From Gammaproteobacteria bacterium (GTDB lineage: Bacteria > Pseudomonadota > Gammaproteobacteria > Ga0077554 > Ga007554), in NCBI GenBank assembly GCA_020053945.1, contig JAGVME010000017.1, positions 1 to 49,983 on the forward strand: a stretch of 49,983 bases of DNA, written 5' to 3'. The position numbers and the translations under genes are program-made. The number at the start of each line of letters is the position of its first letter. The stretch's first letter is position 1. This document shows, in pieces, positions 18,170 through 28,042 of the stretch. The notes below the pieces were generated by a model, which saw only the letters and a program-made list of their open reading frames with translations, was not told the origin of the DNA and ran no database searches.

Positions 18170-18196
18170 GCTCCGCTAATAATAATGCGAATGAAA

Positions 18197-18231
18197 ATAG
18201 CCCTGCCTCATCGAGGCGGGGCTATTTTTTT
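18197..18231 (+). terminator. Rho-independent terminator
   Basis: The stem is ATAGCCCTGCCTC-ATCG-GAGGCGGGGCTAT (one U.G pair), followed by TTTTTTT. It also sits just after the convergent dehydrogenase gene. Confidence 0.8.
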
Positions 18232-18251
18232 GCCTGGACGGCCAAGGACGT

Positions 18252-19283
18252 TTATTCGATACCACTTAAAACCGCTTTACCGATCATCGTGCCGGTTTCA
18301 ATGCGCGCATGCGCGCGCCGCAGATTATCGGCCGTCAATACACCATAGTGTTCCGTCATGGTGGTGCGCAGCACACCCGCTTCCAGCAACTGCGCCGCCC
18401 TATTTAATAAATCATGTTGCGCTTGCATGTCTGGGGTATTGAACATCGGCCGCGTGAACATCAGCTCCCAGCAGAATGCCACGCTTTTGGTTTGAAACAG
18501 GTTCATATTGATTGGCTGATTGTTCTTCGTGGAGACAATAACGCAGATTTTTCCTTGCGGCTTGATCACATCCGCCATGCCCTGAATGTGTTGCTCGGTG
18601 CTGTTATAACAAAGAATAAAATCCACTTCATCAACACCGATCTTTTTAAGCTCTTCACGCAACGGGCGATGATGGTTGATGACCGCATCCGCACCCATGG
18701 TACGGCACCACCGCGCGGATGTCTCGCGTGATGCCGTGGCGATGACGCGCAGACCCGCCACCTGTTTCGCCAGTTGGATCGTAATCGAGCCAACCCCGCC
18801 ACTGCCACCAATGACCAACACGGTACTGGCCTGGTTCCTGGCAGTTTTCTGCGACGCGATGCCAAGGCGATCAAACAATGCTTCCCACGCCGTAATGGTA
18901 GTGAGGGGCATAGCGGCCGCTTCTTCAAAAGACAGGGTGCGCGGCTTGCGCCCCACGATGCGCTCATCCACCAAATGAAATTCGCTGTTACACCCGGGGC
19001 GCGTAATCACACCCGCGTAATACACTTCGTCACCCACCGCAAACAGCGATGCACCATCGCCCACCGCCTCGACAATACCGGCGGCATCCCAGCCAAGAAT
19101 TTTCGGTTGCGTTTCGACGGTGTCTTTCGGTGCGCGCACCTTGGTGTCAACAGGATTAACTGACACGGCCTTAACACGCACCAGCAGATCCCTGCCGGCA
19201 GGCACGGGTGTGGCGACGGTGACATTGACAAAACTTTCTTCATTATCAATCGGCAAATATTTATAAAGCGCGACCGCTTTCAT
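18252..19283 (-). CDS. Zinc-type alcohol dehydrogenase/quinone oxidoreductase (MDR) family protein
   Basis: MKAVALYKY..., VRVKAVSVNPVDTKVR, GWDAAGIVEAVG and VLVIGGSGGVGSITIQLAK (Rossmann) are present. The start is set at the MKAV Met. Confidence 0.85.
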   Translation of the reverse strand: MKAVALYKYLPIDNEESFVNVTVATPVPAGRDLLVRVKAVSVNPVDTKVRAPKDTVETQPKILGWDAAGIVEAVGDGASLFAVGDEVYYAGVITRPGCNSEFHLVDERIVGRKPRTLSFEEAAAMPLTTITAWEALFDRLGIASQKTARNQASTVLVIGGSGGVGSITIQLAKQVAGLRVIATASRETSARWCRTMGADAVINHHRPLREELKKIGVDEVDFILCYNSTEQHIQGMADVIKPQGKICVIVSTKNNQPINMNLFQTKSVAFCWELMFTRPMFNTPDMQAQHDLLNRAAQLLEAGVLRTTMTEHYGVLTADNLRRAHARIETGTMIGKAVLSGIE

Positions 19284-19303
19284 ATTCAGCATCCCCGTTA
19301 AAT

Positions 19304-19432
19304 TTACGCTGTCACCAATTTCGCGAACCACAGCGCAATGATGATCGTTATCACAATGCCGATGGCTACTTGCACAATTTCTTTGACCGGATATAAATCC
19401 TTAATCTTTTTGCCACGCTTACATGATTCCAT
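19304..19432 (-). CDS. Hypothetical 42-aa single-pass membrane mini-protein
   Basis: This ORF is not in the track because it is under 60 aa. AAGGAG lies 7 nt upstream of the ATG. The sequence is MESCKRGKKIKDLYPVKEIVQVAIGIVITIIIALWFAKLVTA. It sits between the flavoprotein gene and the dehydrogenase gene on the same strand, with its stop 20 nt before the dehydrogenase ATG. Confidence 0.45.
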   Translation of the reverse strand: MESCKRGKKIKDLYPVKEIVQVAIGIVITIIIALWFAKLVTA

Positions 19433-19502
19433 GGATTGGCTCCTTGCGGGAAACCGCCGATGTTTTTAGGATAATATTAGGGTATGGGAAATTTGTAAAT
19501 AT

Positions 19503-20780
19503 TCATGGGCAGCCCCCCAGCCAGGCCAACGCGCCCAGACCTGCGGCACGCCCACTGGAAAAACAGGCCGAGAGCAAATAACCGCCCGTGGGCGCTTCCC
19601 AATCCAGCATCTCACCCGCACAAAACACACCCGGCAGGGCGTTGAGCATCAGGTGTTTATTGAGCGCCTCGAAACACACACCACCGGCGCTGCTGATCGC
19701 CTCGTCAATAGGACGGGGTGCACGCAAACGTAGCGGCAATGCTTTGATGGCCGCACCCAGCTGCGCCGGAGCGGTGAAATCCTGCGGCGCCACACATTCA
19801 CGCAGCAATCCAGCCTTGACGCCGTGAATGCCCACACGGCTTTTGAGATGCGTTGCGAATGAGCGGGAACCACGCGGCTGAGATACGGCGTCGATGACGC
19901 GCTGTAACGTCCAGTCTGGCAATAGATCGAGATGGATGAGCGCCGCGCCGCGGGCGGTAATTTCGTCGCGTAAATGCGCCGACAGCGCATAGATCAAACT
20001 GCCTTCGACCCCACTTGCCGTCACCACAAATTCGCCCTGTTTGTGATAGGTAGCGCCGCCCGCTGCAAAAGCCACGGCTATCGGCTTTAAATAATGGCCC
20101 GCGAAACGCGGGCCGAAGTGCTCGCTCCAACCCACGTCAAAACCGCAGTTGGATGGTTGCAGCGCGGCGACCGGCACTCCGCGCGGTTCCAGCAGCGGCA
20201 CCCACGCACCATCGGAGCCAAGGCGCGCCCAACTACCGCCGCCCAGGGCTAACACCACTGCGTCGGCGCGTACCGTTTGTTCGCCTGACGGGGTGGCAAA
20301 ACGTAATGCATCCGGTTTTAACGCGCGCAGTGTGCCAGGCTGTGCCACATGATCCCAACCGCACCAGCGGTGCCGCACATGAAAACGCACGCCCGCCGCA
20401 CGTAAGCGATGCAACCATGCACGCAACAAGGGCGCCGCTTTCATTTCAATGGGGAAAACACGCCCAGAGGTGCCAACAAACGTATCAATACCCAGGCCAT
20501 GAATCCAGTTACGCAAGGCGTCGGGTCCAAACGCATCCAACAATGGCCCCATCTGCCCACGGCGTGCGCCGTAGCGTGATAAAAAGTGTTCCAGCGGTTC
20601 AGAGTGTGTGATATTCAAACCGCCCTTACCCGCCAACAAAAATTTACGTCCGACAGACGGCATCGCGTCATACACGTCAACCTGTACCCCGCTTTTACTT
20701 AAAATCTCGGCCGCCATCAGCCCCGCCGGACCGCCACCGATCACAGCGACTGAATGGGTATGTGACTTATTCAATGGCAT
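19503..20780 (-). CDS. HI0933/BaiN-like NAD(P)/FAD-dependent flavoprotein (TIGR03862-like)
   Basis: VAVIGGGPAGLMAAEIL (dinucleotide fold), GRKFLLAGKGGLNITHSE and the C-terminal FCAGEMLDWEAPTGGYLL are present. Confidence 0.8.
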   Translation of the reverse strand: MPLNKSHTHSVAVIGGGPAGLMAAEILSKSGVQVDVYDAMPSVGRKFLLAGKGGLNITHSEPLEHFLSRYGARRGQMGPLLDAFGPDALRNWIHGLGIDTFVGTSGRVFPIEMKAAPLLRAWLHRLRAAGVRFHVRHRWCGWDHVAQPGTLRALKPDALRFATPSGEQTVRADAVVLALGGGSWARLGSDGAWVPLLEPRGVPVAALQPSNCGFDVGWSEHFGPRFAGHYLKPIAVAFAAGGATYHKQGEFVVTASGVEGSLIYALSAHLRDEITARGAALIHLDLLPDWTLQRVIDAVSQPRGSRSFATHLKSRVGIHGVKAGLLRECVAPQDFTAPAQLGAAIKALPLRLRAPRPIDEAISSAGGVCFEALNKHLMLNALPGVFCAGEMLDWEAPTGGYLLSACFSSGRAAGLGALAWLGGCP

Positions 20781-21020
20781 AAGCCCCGTAAATTTAACTT
20801 GAAAACAGCGATTAACCGATTGTATTCCTGGATGGCGATTACCCTTAACGTAATAATTCCATCACATCACCAGCACCTTCAACTTCCACCATATTGTGTC
20901 GCTAATATATTAATATTGCGATAGAATTTAACGCATTTTAACGTTAGGGTATCCCGTCCGCTAACCTGAACATTATTTTCCTTAACTATTGTATTAGCCA
21001 TTATATTAAAGTGACGTGAC

Positions 21021-22877
21021 ATGAGTGGAATTTGTGGCTGGATAAATAATACCGAAACCCCAGCCGCGCCCACCCTTCTCGCGGCAATGGTGCAGGGTTT
21101 AGGGGGCACGATCATTGATCCCGCATCGCCGTGTGTCAGCGGTGGATCAGCGCTCAGCGCCTGGTCGCCCCACGGCAACGCCAGCCTCTATAAAAGCGCG
21201 GAGGATGGCCTGCTTGTCGCAGTCGAAGGGCATCCCTATTGGCACAACGATGACTTAAGCAAACTCGCCAAAGCCCAAGGCGCCGCCGCCGCCATCGCTA
21301 ACGCTTACCGACGTCACGGCATCAAGGCGCCGCAAGAGACACATGGCCCATTTGCGCTGGCGATCATTGACCAGAAAAAACATCAGGCACTCCTGGCCAT
21401 AGACCGCCTGGGGATTCGCCCCCTGTGTTATGTGCAAGCCGCCAATCAATTAGTGTTCGGTTCAACCACAGACAGCGTCATCGCCCACCCTGCCGTTAAC
21501 GCAACAATTGACCCCCAGGCAATTTTTAATTATCTGTTTTGCCATATGGTACCCAGCCCCGGCAGCATCTACAGGGGTGTGCGGAAACTCCTGCCTGGCC
21601 AATATATTTTATTTCAGGAAAACCATGTTACCGAAGCATTTTACTGGGCACTTGAATATCAGGAAAAAAATCGCGGCAGTCTCACGGCACGCTCATCCCA
21701 TCTCAAAGATGCATTAAAAAATGCCGTGCAACGCACTCTCAGCGGCCACAAAACCGGCGCGTTTCTAAGTGGTGGCACAGACAGTTCAACCATCACCGGC
21801 GTGTTGACCCAGGTGGGTGGCACGCCTGCCAACACCTATTCAATGGGCTTTGAGGCGGATGGCTTTGACGAAATGGAATACGCACGCATCACCGCCAAAC
21901 ATTTTGGCAGCCACACCCATGAATATTATGTAACGCCCCAGGATGTAGTCGATGCTATTCCCCTGGTCGCACAAGCCTATGACGAACCGTTTGGCAACGC
22001 ATCCGCCGTACCTACTTACTATTGCGCAAAACTGGCCCACCAGGATGGGATACGTATGCTGCTGGCAGGGGATGGCGGTGATGAAATTTTCGGTGGTAAT
22101 GCACGTTACGCCAAACAAAAAATATTTGATATTTACACTTGCATTCCCCGCCTGCTACGCCAGGCGCTGATTGAACCGCTAACATTTGCCTTGCCAGAAA
22201 GGGGTCCTTTGCAAAAACTGCAAAGCTATATCCGTCAAGCGCAGGTGCCCTTACCCGACCGCTTGGAAGCCTATAATTTCTTGCATCGCACCCCGCTGGG
22301 TGATGTCTTTGAAAGTGATTTCCTCAAACACATCAACCCCACCGACCCCGTTGAACAAATGCGCGCGGTATATCAACGTGCGCACGCCTGTTCACCGATC
22401 AATCGCATGATGTATCTTGATTTGAAACAAACCCTCGCCGACAACGACCTGCGCAAAGTCAACCGCATGTGCGCGCTTGCGGGCGTGGATGTGCGCTATC
22501 CCTTACTGGATGAAGACATCGTCACCTTCGCCGCCACGATCCCCCCGGAATTGCAGGTAAAAGGCGTCAATTTACGTTATTTTTTCAAGGAAGCATTACG
22601 TGATTTCCTGCCGGCAGAAACCCTCACCAAAAGCAAACACGGCTTTGGCCTGCCCTTCGGGCTATGGATGAACACCCACGCTCCCTTGCGTGAACTGGCG
22701 TATGACAGCCTGCACTCATTCCGGCAACGCGGCTACATCAAGCCCGCGTATCTCGATCAATTAATCGAACAACACCGCGCCGGACATGCGTCATATTATG
22801 GCGTGATGATATGGGTTATCATGATGCTGGAGCAATGGCTCCAGTTACATAAAAACGCAGCGGCTCCAGCACCCTAA
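21021..22877 (+). CDS. Asparagine synthase (glutamine-hydrolysing) family amidotransferase
   Basis: It has an N-terminal GATase-2-like region and the PP-loop AFLSGGTDSS with the synthetase domain (LLAGDGGDEIFGG). The N-terminus is MSGICGW rather than MCG (see findings). Confidence 0.85.
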   Translation: MSGICGWINNTETPAAPTLLAAMVQGLGGTIIDPASPCVSGGSALSAWSPHGNASLYKSAEDGLLVAVEGHPYWHNDDLSKLAKAQGAAAAIANAYRRHGIKAPQETHGPFALAIIDQKKHQALLAIDRLGIRPLCYVQAANQLVFGSTTDSVIAHPAVNATIDPQAIFNYLFCHMVPSPGSIYRGVRKLLPGQYILFQENHVTEAFYWALEYQEKNRGSLTARSSHLKDALKNAVQRTLSGHKTGAFLSGGTDSSTITGVLTQVGGTPANTYSMGFEADGFDEMEYARITAKHFGSHTHEYYVTPQDVVDAIPLVAQAYDEPFGNASAVPTYYCAKLAHQDGIRMLLAGDGGDEIFGGNARYAKQKIFDIYTCIPRLLRQALIEPLTFALPERGPLQKLQSYIRQAQVPLPDRLEAYNFLHRTPLGDVFESDFLKHINPTDPVEQMRAVYQRAHACSPINRMMYLDLKQTLADNDLRKVNRMCALAGVDVRYPLLDEDIVTFAATIPPELQVKGVNLRYFFKEALRDFLPAETLTKSKHGFGLPFGLWMNTHAPLRELAYDSLHSFRQRGYIKPAYLDQLIEQHRAGHASYYGVMIWVIMMLEQWLQLHKNAAAPAP

Positions 22878-22906
22878 CAAATGGCGGTATTCCACCGGTC
22901 AGGCTA

Positions 22907-23461
22907 ATGGCAAAAAAAATAAAATTCAAAGTCAGCGCAGAAGACAGCGAACTCTTCCGCCGTGAGATAGGGAACGTGCGGCCACTACGCCACGATAAAA
23001 TCACGTTGCGCCGCCTGCCTACCCCATCCGCCAGGCCCATCTCTCTCCAACCCCAGTTTGAACAACGCGCGCACGATATGTTATCTGATGGCATGGACGT
23101 GGGTACGCTTGAAACCAGCGATGAAATGCTGTTTGTACGCCCCGGCATGCAGCATGGCTTGCTGCGTAAACTGCGTCGCGGCCAATTCAGCATCAACGGC
23201 CAACTCGACTTGCATGGCCTGACCATACCCGAAGCACGCCAAGCTTTGGCAGGCTTTTTATACTCCAGCCAGGCACGCGGCGCGCACTGCGTGACCATCA
23301 TCCATGGCAAAGGCTACGGTTCACAGCACAAGCAGCCCATCCTGAAAAACAAGGTCAATAACTGGCTGCGGCAACACCCCGAAATATTGGCCTTTTGCTC
23401 AGCCCAACCCGCCGACGGAGGAACAGGCGCAGTATATGTCTTGCTCCGGCGTGCCACGTGA
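22907..23461 (+). CDS. Smr (MutS2-related small) domain protein
   Basis: The C-terminal Smr domain reads LDLHGLTIPEARQALAGFL...VTIIHGKGYGS...LKNKVNNWL. Confidence 0.85.
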   Translation: MAKKIKFKVSAEDSELFRREIGNVRPLRHDKITLRRLPTPSARPISLQPQFEQRAHDMLSDGMDVGTLETSDEMLFVRPGMQHGLLRKLRRGQFSINGQLDLHGLTIPEARQALAGFLYSSQARGAHCVTIIHGKGYGSQHKQPILKNKVNNWLRQHPEILAFCSAQPADGGTGAVYVLLRRAT

Positions 23462-23546
23462 TCCTTCCAGAAATAAATATTGACTATCTATTTGTAATAG
23501 ATACACTCCTTTCCATGCACAAACCCCCTGCCCCTGTCACCCACAA

Positions 23547-26500
23547 TCAGAGCGAGGACGATGAGGCTAACAATGCGGCATTGCCGCCCACCGCGGCGGT
23601 ATTAATGCTAACCACCCGTTCAGTTGCGAAACGCAATAAAGTATGCGGGCCTCCCGCCTTCGGACCCGTGCCAGACAGCCCTTCGCCGCCAAACGGCTGC
23701 ACACCCACCACGGCACCAATCATGTTGCGGTTCACATAAATATTGCCGACACGCACCCGTTGCTGGATATGGCGCACGGTTTCTTCAATACGGCTATGGA
23801 TACCCAACGTCAGGCCATAGCCAGTGTTATTGATGGCGTCAATCACATCGTCAAGTTTATCGGCGGCATAACGTATCACATGCAGGCACGGGCCAAATAT
23901 TTCATGTTCAAGCTGGCTCATGTCATTAATCTCAAAAACACACGGAGCAAAAAAACTGCCATGCTGCGTATCTGCGGGCAGAATAAGTTGATGAATCAAT
24001 GTTGCATGACTTGAAGTGCGCAGGTGTTGCATATGGGCATCAAGGGCAGACTGGGCGGCAGCGTCAATCACTGGGCCAATATCCGTGGTTAATAATACCG
24101 GATCGCCGATACGTAATTCATCCATCGCACCCTTTAAAGCATGCAATACGCGGGGTGCAATATCGTCTTGCACAAACAGCACGCGCAATGCCGAGCAACG
24201 CTGCCCGGCGCTGTTGAACGCCGAGTGCATGACATCTATCACCAGTTGCTCAACCAGCGCGGAACTGTCAGCGATCATGGCATTTTGCCCGCCGGTTTCA
24301 GCAATAAACGCGGCGATGGCGCCGGAACGGGTGGCGAGTGTTTGGTTAATGAAACGTGCCGTATCTGTAGAGCCAGTGAACGCCACACCTGCAACACGCG
24401 CATCATTGATGAGAATGCGGCCTACGACATCACTCTTGCCCGGCAAAAAATGCAGAACATCACTCGGTACGCCTGCTTCATGTAACACATGCACGGCATG
24501 TGCGGCGATCAAAGGTGTTTGGCTGGCAGGCTTGGCGATGACGGTATTGCCTACGGCGAGTGCCGCCGTTATTTGGCCAATAAAAATCGCTAACGGGAAA
24601 TTCCACGGGCTGATGCAGACAAACACACCGCGCCCGTGCAGGCTAAGTTGGTTGGATTCACCCGTGGGGCCAGGCAGTGTTGTAGGAGCGGAAAAATCAC
24701 GCTGTGCAAGTAACGCATAATAACGGCAGAAATCCACAGCTTCACGCACTTCCGCCGCCGCATCTGGAATGGTCTTTCCGCCTTCACGCACGCACAAGGC
24801 AATAAATTCCGCGCGGCGTTGTTCAAATATATCCGCCGCACGACGCAAAATATCAGCACGTATAGTGGCTGGCGTGTTATCCCAGGTGTGCGTTGCATGG
24901 GCGGCGCGCCATAAAGCTTCATCAACCATGGCTGCATCCGCCAAAATCACGCTACCCACTTCACGGCGTTTATCACTGGGATCAAAAATAGGGATGGGTA
25001 CACCAGGCATCGCCTGGCCACCCACTATCGGCGCAGCATGCCAGTAACGTGTCAGCGGTTCGTGCAGTGCTTCATGCAACTTGGTTATCTCCAAAGGATC
25101 AGCAAAATTTATGCCTTGCGAATTACGCCGTGCGTCACCGTAGAGATGTATTGGCAAAGGCACACGTTCATTCAACCTGTTTTTTACCATATTCATTTCT
25201 TGTACAGGGTCAGTAATTATTTTTTCAATAGGCGCTTTCCCATCGGCAAGGCGATGCACAAAGGAAGTATTCGCGCCGTTTTCCAACAAGCGTCTCACCA
25301 GATAGGGCAACAGATCTGTCTCGTTACCCACCGGCGCATACACACGGCACGCCACGTTGAATTTATCTGGCCCAACTAATTCACTATATAATGCTTCACC
25401 CATGCCGTGCAGCCGCTGGAATTCAAAATCCCGGGTAGATCCCGCCTGCTCCAGAATATACGCTACGGTATGCGCATTATGCGTGGCGAATTGTGGATAA
25501 AACGCATCGCGTGCCGCAAGTAAACGCCGCGCACATGCCAGATAAGAAACATCCGTCGCGGCTTTATGGGTAAACACCGGATAACCCGCCAAGCCCTGCG
25601 CTTGGGCGCGTTTTATTTCGGTGTCCCAATACGCGCCCTTTACCAGGCGCACTGGAATGCGGCGCTGCTGTTGGCGCGCCAGGCTTGCCAACCAATCCAG
25701 CACGCAGGGCGCACGCTTTTGATAAGCCTGCACGGCCAAACCAAAACCTTGATAGTCTTTTAATGAAGGATCGTTAAAAACAACCGCGAAAATATCCAGT
25801 GACAATTCCAGGCGATCCGCTTCTTCGGCATCCAGGGTTATGCCGATGTTCATGCGGCTGGCGTGTTGGGTTAATGTCAATATGCGCGGCGCAAGCTCTT
25901 TTAATACACGTTCGCATTGGGCATATTCATAGCGCGGATGCAAGGCTGAGAGTTTTACCGAAATACTCGGGCGGCTGGATAAGCCAGTTTCTTGCGCGGT
26001 CTCTCCCAACGATTGTATCGCGGCCATGTAGGCGGCGAAGTAGCGTTCCACATCGTGTGCGCCTAATGCCGCTTCGCCGAGCATATCGTAAGAATAGCGG
26101 TAAGCTTGATATGTGGGTAATTGGCTGCGCTGCTGCGCTTTTTCGATGTCAGGAGCCATAACAAATTGTTGCGCCATAATGTGCATGGCCTGTTTTATTG
26201 CCCGGCGTATCACAGGCGCACCACTTTTCGCCACCAGACGTTGCCATAGCGGCCCAAGTCCATCGCCCGTTGTATTGAGCTTGACCATATTGCCCGTGAG
26301 CATCAATCCCCAGGTGGAAGCGTTAACCAATAACGAATGGCTGTGACCCCAGTGGGTATCCCATTCACCCTGGCTCAGCTTGTCGCGTATTAATTTATCC
26401 GCCGTTTCAGCATCAGGAATGCGTAGCAAGGCTTCAGCCAGGCACATCAGCAGCACGCCTTCCTGTGAAGAAAGATCGTACTCATGAAGAAAGGCATCAA

Positions 26501-26681
26501 GCCCGTCATTGCTTGAATTTTTATTGCGCACCGCAGAAACGAGATGGTGCGCCATGTCCTGCACACGCTGCGTGGCAGAGGAATCTAACATTGCCTGTGA
26601 CAATAATGGCACGATATGCGTGGCTTCATCCGCAAGATAGGTACTGCGTAGTTTACTACGCCAGTCATCGGGCATTATCAT
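23547..26681 (-). CDS. putA: Bifunctional proline dehydrogenase / L-glutamate-gamma-semialdehyde dehydrogenase
   Basis: It is 1044 aa. The PRODH barrel region (YSYDMLGEA, VKGAYWD) is followed by an ALDH domain (FTGST, ETGGQNA, GQRCSA). There is no obvious N-terminal RHH DNA-binding domain. Confidence 0.92.
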   Translation of the reverse strand: MIMPDDWRSKLRSTYLADEATHIVPLLSQAMLDSSATQRVQDMAHHLVSAVRNKNSSNDGLDAFLHEYDLSSQEGVLLMCLAEALLRIPDAETADKLIRDKLSQGEWDTHWGHSHSLLVNASTWGLMLTGNMVKLNTTGDGLGPLWQRLVAKSGAPVIRRAIKQAMHIMAQQFVMAPDIEKAQQRSQLPTYQAYRYSYDMLGEAALGAHDVERYFAAYMAAIQSLGETAQETGLSSRPSISVKLSALHPRYEYAQCERVLKELAPRILTLTQHASRMNIGITLDAEEADRLELSLDIFAVVFNDPSLKDYQGFGLAVQAYQKRAPCVLDWLASLARQQQRRIPVRLVKGAYWDTEIKRAQAQGLAGYPVFTHKAATDVSYLACARRLLAARDAFYPQFATHNAHTVAYILEQAGSTRDFEFQRLHGMGEALYSELVGPDKFNVACRVYAPVGNETDLLPYLVRRLLENGANTSFVHRLADGKAPIEKIITDPVQEMNMVKNRLNERVPLPIHLYGDARRNSQGINFADPLEITKLHEALHEPLTRYWHAAPIVGGQAMPGVPIPIFDPSDKRREVGSVILADAAMVDEALWRAAHATHTWDNTPATIRADILRRAADIFEQRRAEFIALCVREGGKTIPDAAAEVREAVDFCRYYALLAQRDFSAPTTLPGPTGESNQLSLHGRGVFVCISPWNFPLAIFIGQITAALAVGNTVIAKPASQTPLIAAHAVHVLHEAGVPSDVLHFLPGKSDVVGRILINDARVAGVAFTGSTDTARFINQTLATRSGAIAAFIAETGGQNAMIADSSALVEQLVIDVMHSAFNSAGQRCSALRVLFVQDDIAPRVLHALKGAMDELRIGDPVLLTTDIGPVIDAAAQSALDAHMQHLRTSSHATLIHQLILPADTQHGSFFAPCVFEINDMSQLEHEIFGPCLHVIRYAADKLDDVIDAINNTGYGLTLGIHSRIEETVRHIQQRVRVGNIYVNRNMIGAVVGVQPFGGEGLSGTGPKAGGPHTLLRFATERVVSINTAAVGGNAALLASSSSL

Positions 26682-28030
26682 TTCACCATCATTCCTGGTT
26701 CGTTATGCGTGGCCTGGAATGGTTCACACACCCATAAATTCGCCACTGCCGCTAATTCATCGCCAATGTAAATCAACGGCAAGCGGTCGCGCCGCCACGG
26801 TGGGATGCCACACTCCTGAAAAAGTTTGCGTAACTCATGGGTATGTCCGCGCCCTGCCGGACGGCAGAGCTCACCTCCCTGGCGAAACCGCACATCCACG
26901 GATTGTCCGGCAAACAAGGATGCTTTAATTCCCGCACCTAATATGGATACAGCAGTGAATGTACCGACACCCGCTAACGTCAATGGTTGGCGTATATCCC
27001 ATGTAAAGATAGCGGCAGGATTGTGCGCCGGCAAACGGCGCATGGCATAAATTAAATCACGGTAACGACGTGTTTCAGCGCCTTGGTTGACACTCCCCCA
27101 GCTCACGCACGGAACGCTGTCTGCGGCGGCGTTTAAAATATCATGCTGGATATGCCGCAGATGGATGGCCGTAGGCACAGCAAGATCCAGCCCTCTGAAC
27201 CAACGACGCAGCACATTGCGTTGGTGTGCTTCGTCCAGCTTTAACAAGCCACCCACAGACAGGGTGTCAGGTGTAGGGCCTTGCACGGGCTGCATATCAT
27301 TGTCTGCCAGCGTATCCAGCAAATTCGCGGCTTCCGCGGCATGCGCTGCCGCGCGGGATAACGTTCGCGACACCGCGGGCCATCGCCGCTTGAGGTGCGG
27401 CATCACTTCATGACGCAGGTAATTGCGCTCGAAACCCGTATCAAAATTGCTCGGGTCTTCAATCCAGGCGAGTTGATGCTGTTCGGCATAACTGGCGAGT
27501 TCATCCGCCGTCACGTCAAGCAGTGGCCGCGCCAACCATCCCACCCCAAACGGAGTATAAGCGGGCATGGCCGCTATGCCATGCGGACCCGCGCCACGCA
27601 GTAATTGTAACAGCAAGGTTTCAGCCTGGTCATCTTGATGATGTGCCGTGAGCAACACGTCTCCCGAATCCATCAAGGCGGTAATCGCCTGATAACGTGC
27701 GCCGCGCGCGGCAGCTTCGGGGCTTTCGCCAGATTGCGCTTTCGCGTTGACATGTAAAATTTGGCACGGTAGAGCCAGCGCGGAACACACCGCCGCACAA
27801 TGCTGTGACCACACATCGGCCTCTGCATTTAAACCATGGTTAACATGCACCGCGCGTATTTCTATGCCCTCCAGCCATTGCGCAGACAATCCCAGCAGCG
27901 CATGCAACAACACTGAAGAATCCCGCCCGCCGCTGTAGCCTACCCAGTAACGCCGCGTGGATGGTAAGCATTTAAGCGCATCCAGGATACATTGGGGGAG
28001 GATCCCATCAAAATCAGCGGGCTTGGACAG
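26678..28030 (-). CDS. tilS: tRNA(Ile)-lysidine synthase. The 5' end is extended to a CTG because the ORF-track GTG start removes the PP-loop.
   Basis: The frame is open from the accA stop. YWVGYSGGRDSSVLLHALL (PP-loop SGGxDS) lies upstream of the GTG at 27913. The CTG at 28030 has AAGGGGG 6 nt upstream. The 3' end overlaps the putA start (ATGA). Confidence 0.8.
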   Translation of the reverse strand: MSKPADFDGILPQCILDALKCLPSTRRYWVGYSGGRDSSVLLHALLGLSAQWLEGIEIRAVHVNHGLNAEADVWSQHCAAVCSALALPCQILHVNAKAQSGESPEAAARGARYQAITALMDSGDVLLTAHHQDDQAETLLLQLLRGAGPHGIAAMPAYTPFGVGWLARPLLDVTADELASYAEQHQLAWIEDPSNFDTGFERNYLRHEVMPHLKRRWPAVSRTLSRAAAHAAEAANLLDTLADNDMQPVQGPTPDTLSVGGLLKLDEAHQRNVLRRWFRGLDLAVPTAIHLRHIQHDILNAAADSVPCVSWGSVNQGAETRRYRDLIYAMRRLPAHNPAAIFTWDIRQPLTLAGVGTFTAVSILGAGIKASLFAGQSVDVRFRQGGELCRPAGRGHTHELRKLFQECGIPPWRRDRLPLIYIGDELAAVANLWVCEPFQATHNEPGMMVK

Positions 28031-28042
28031 GCGGCGCCCCCT

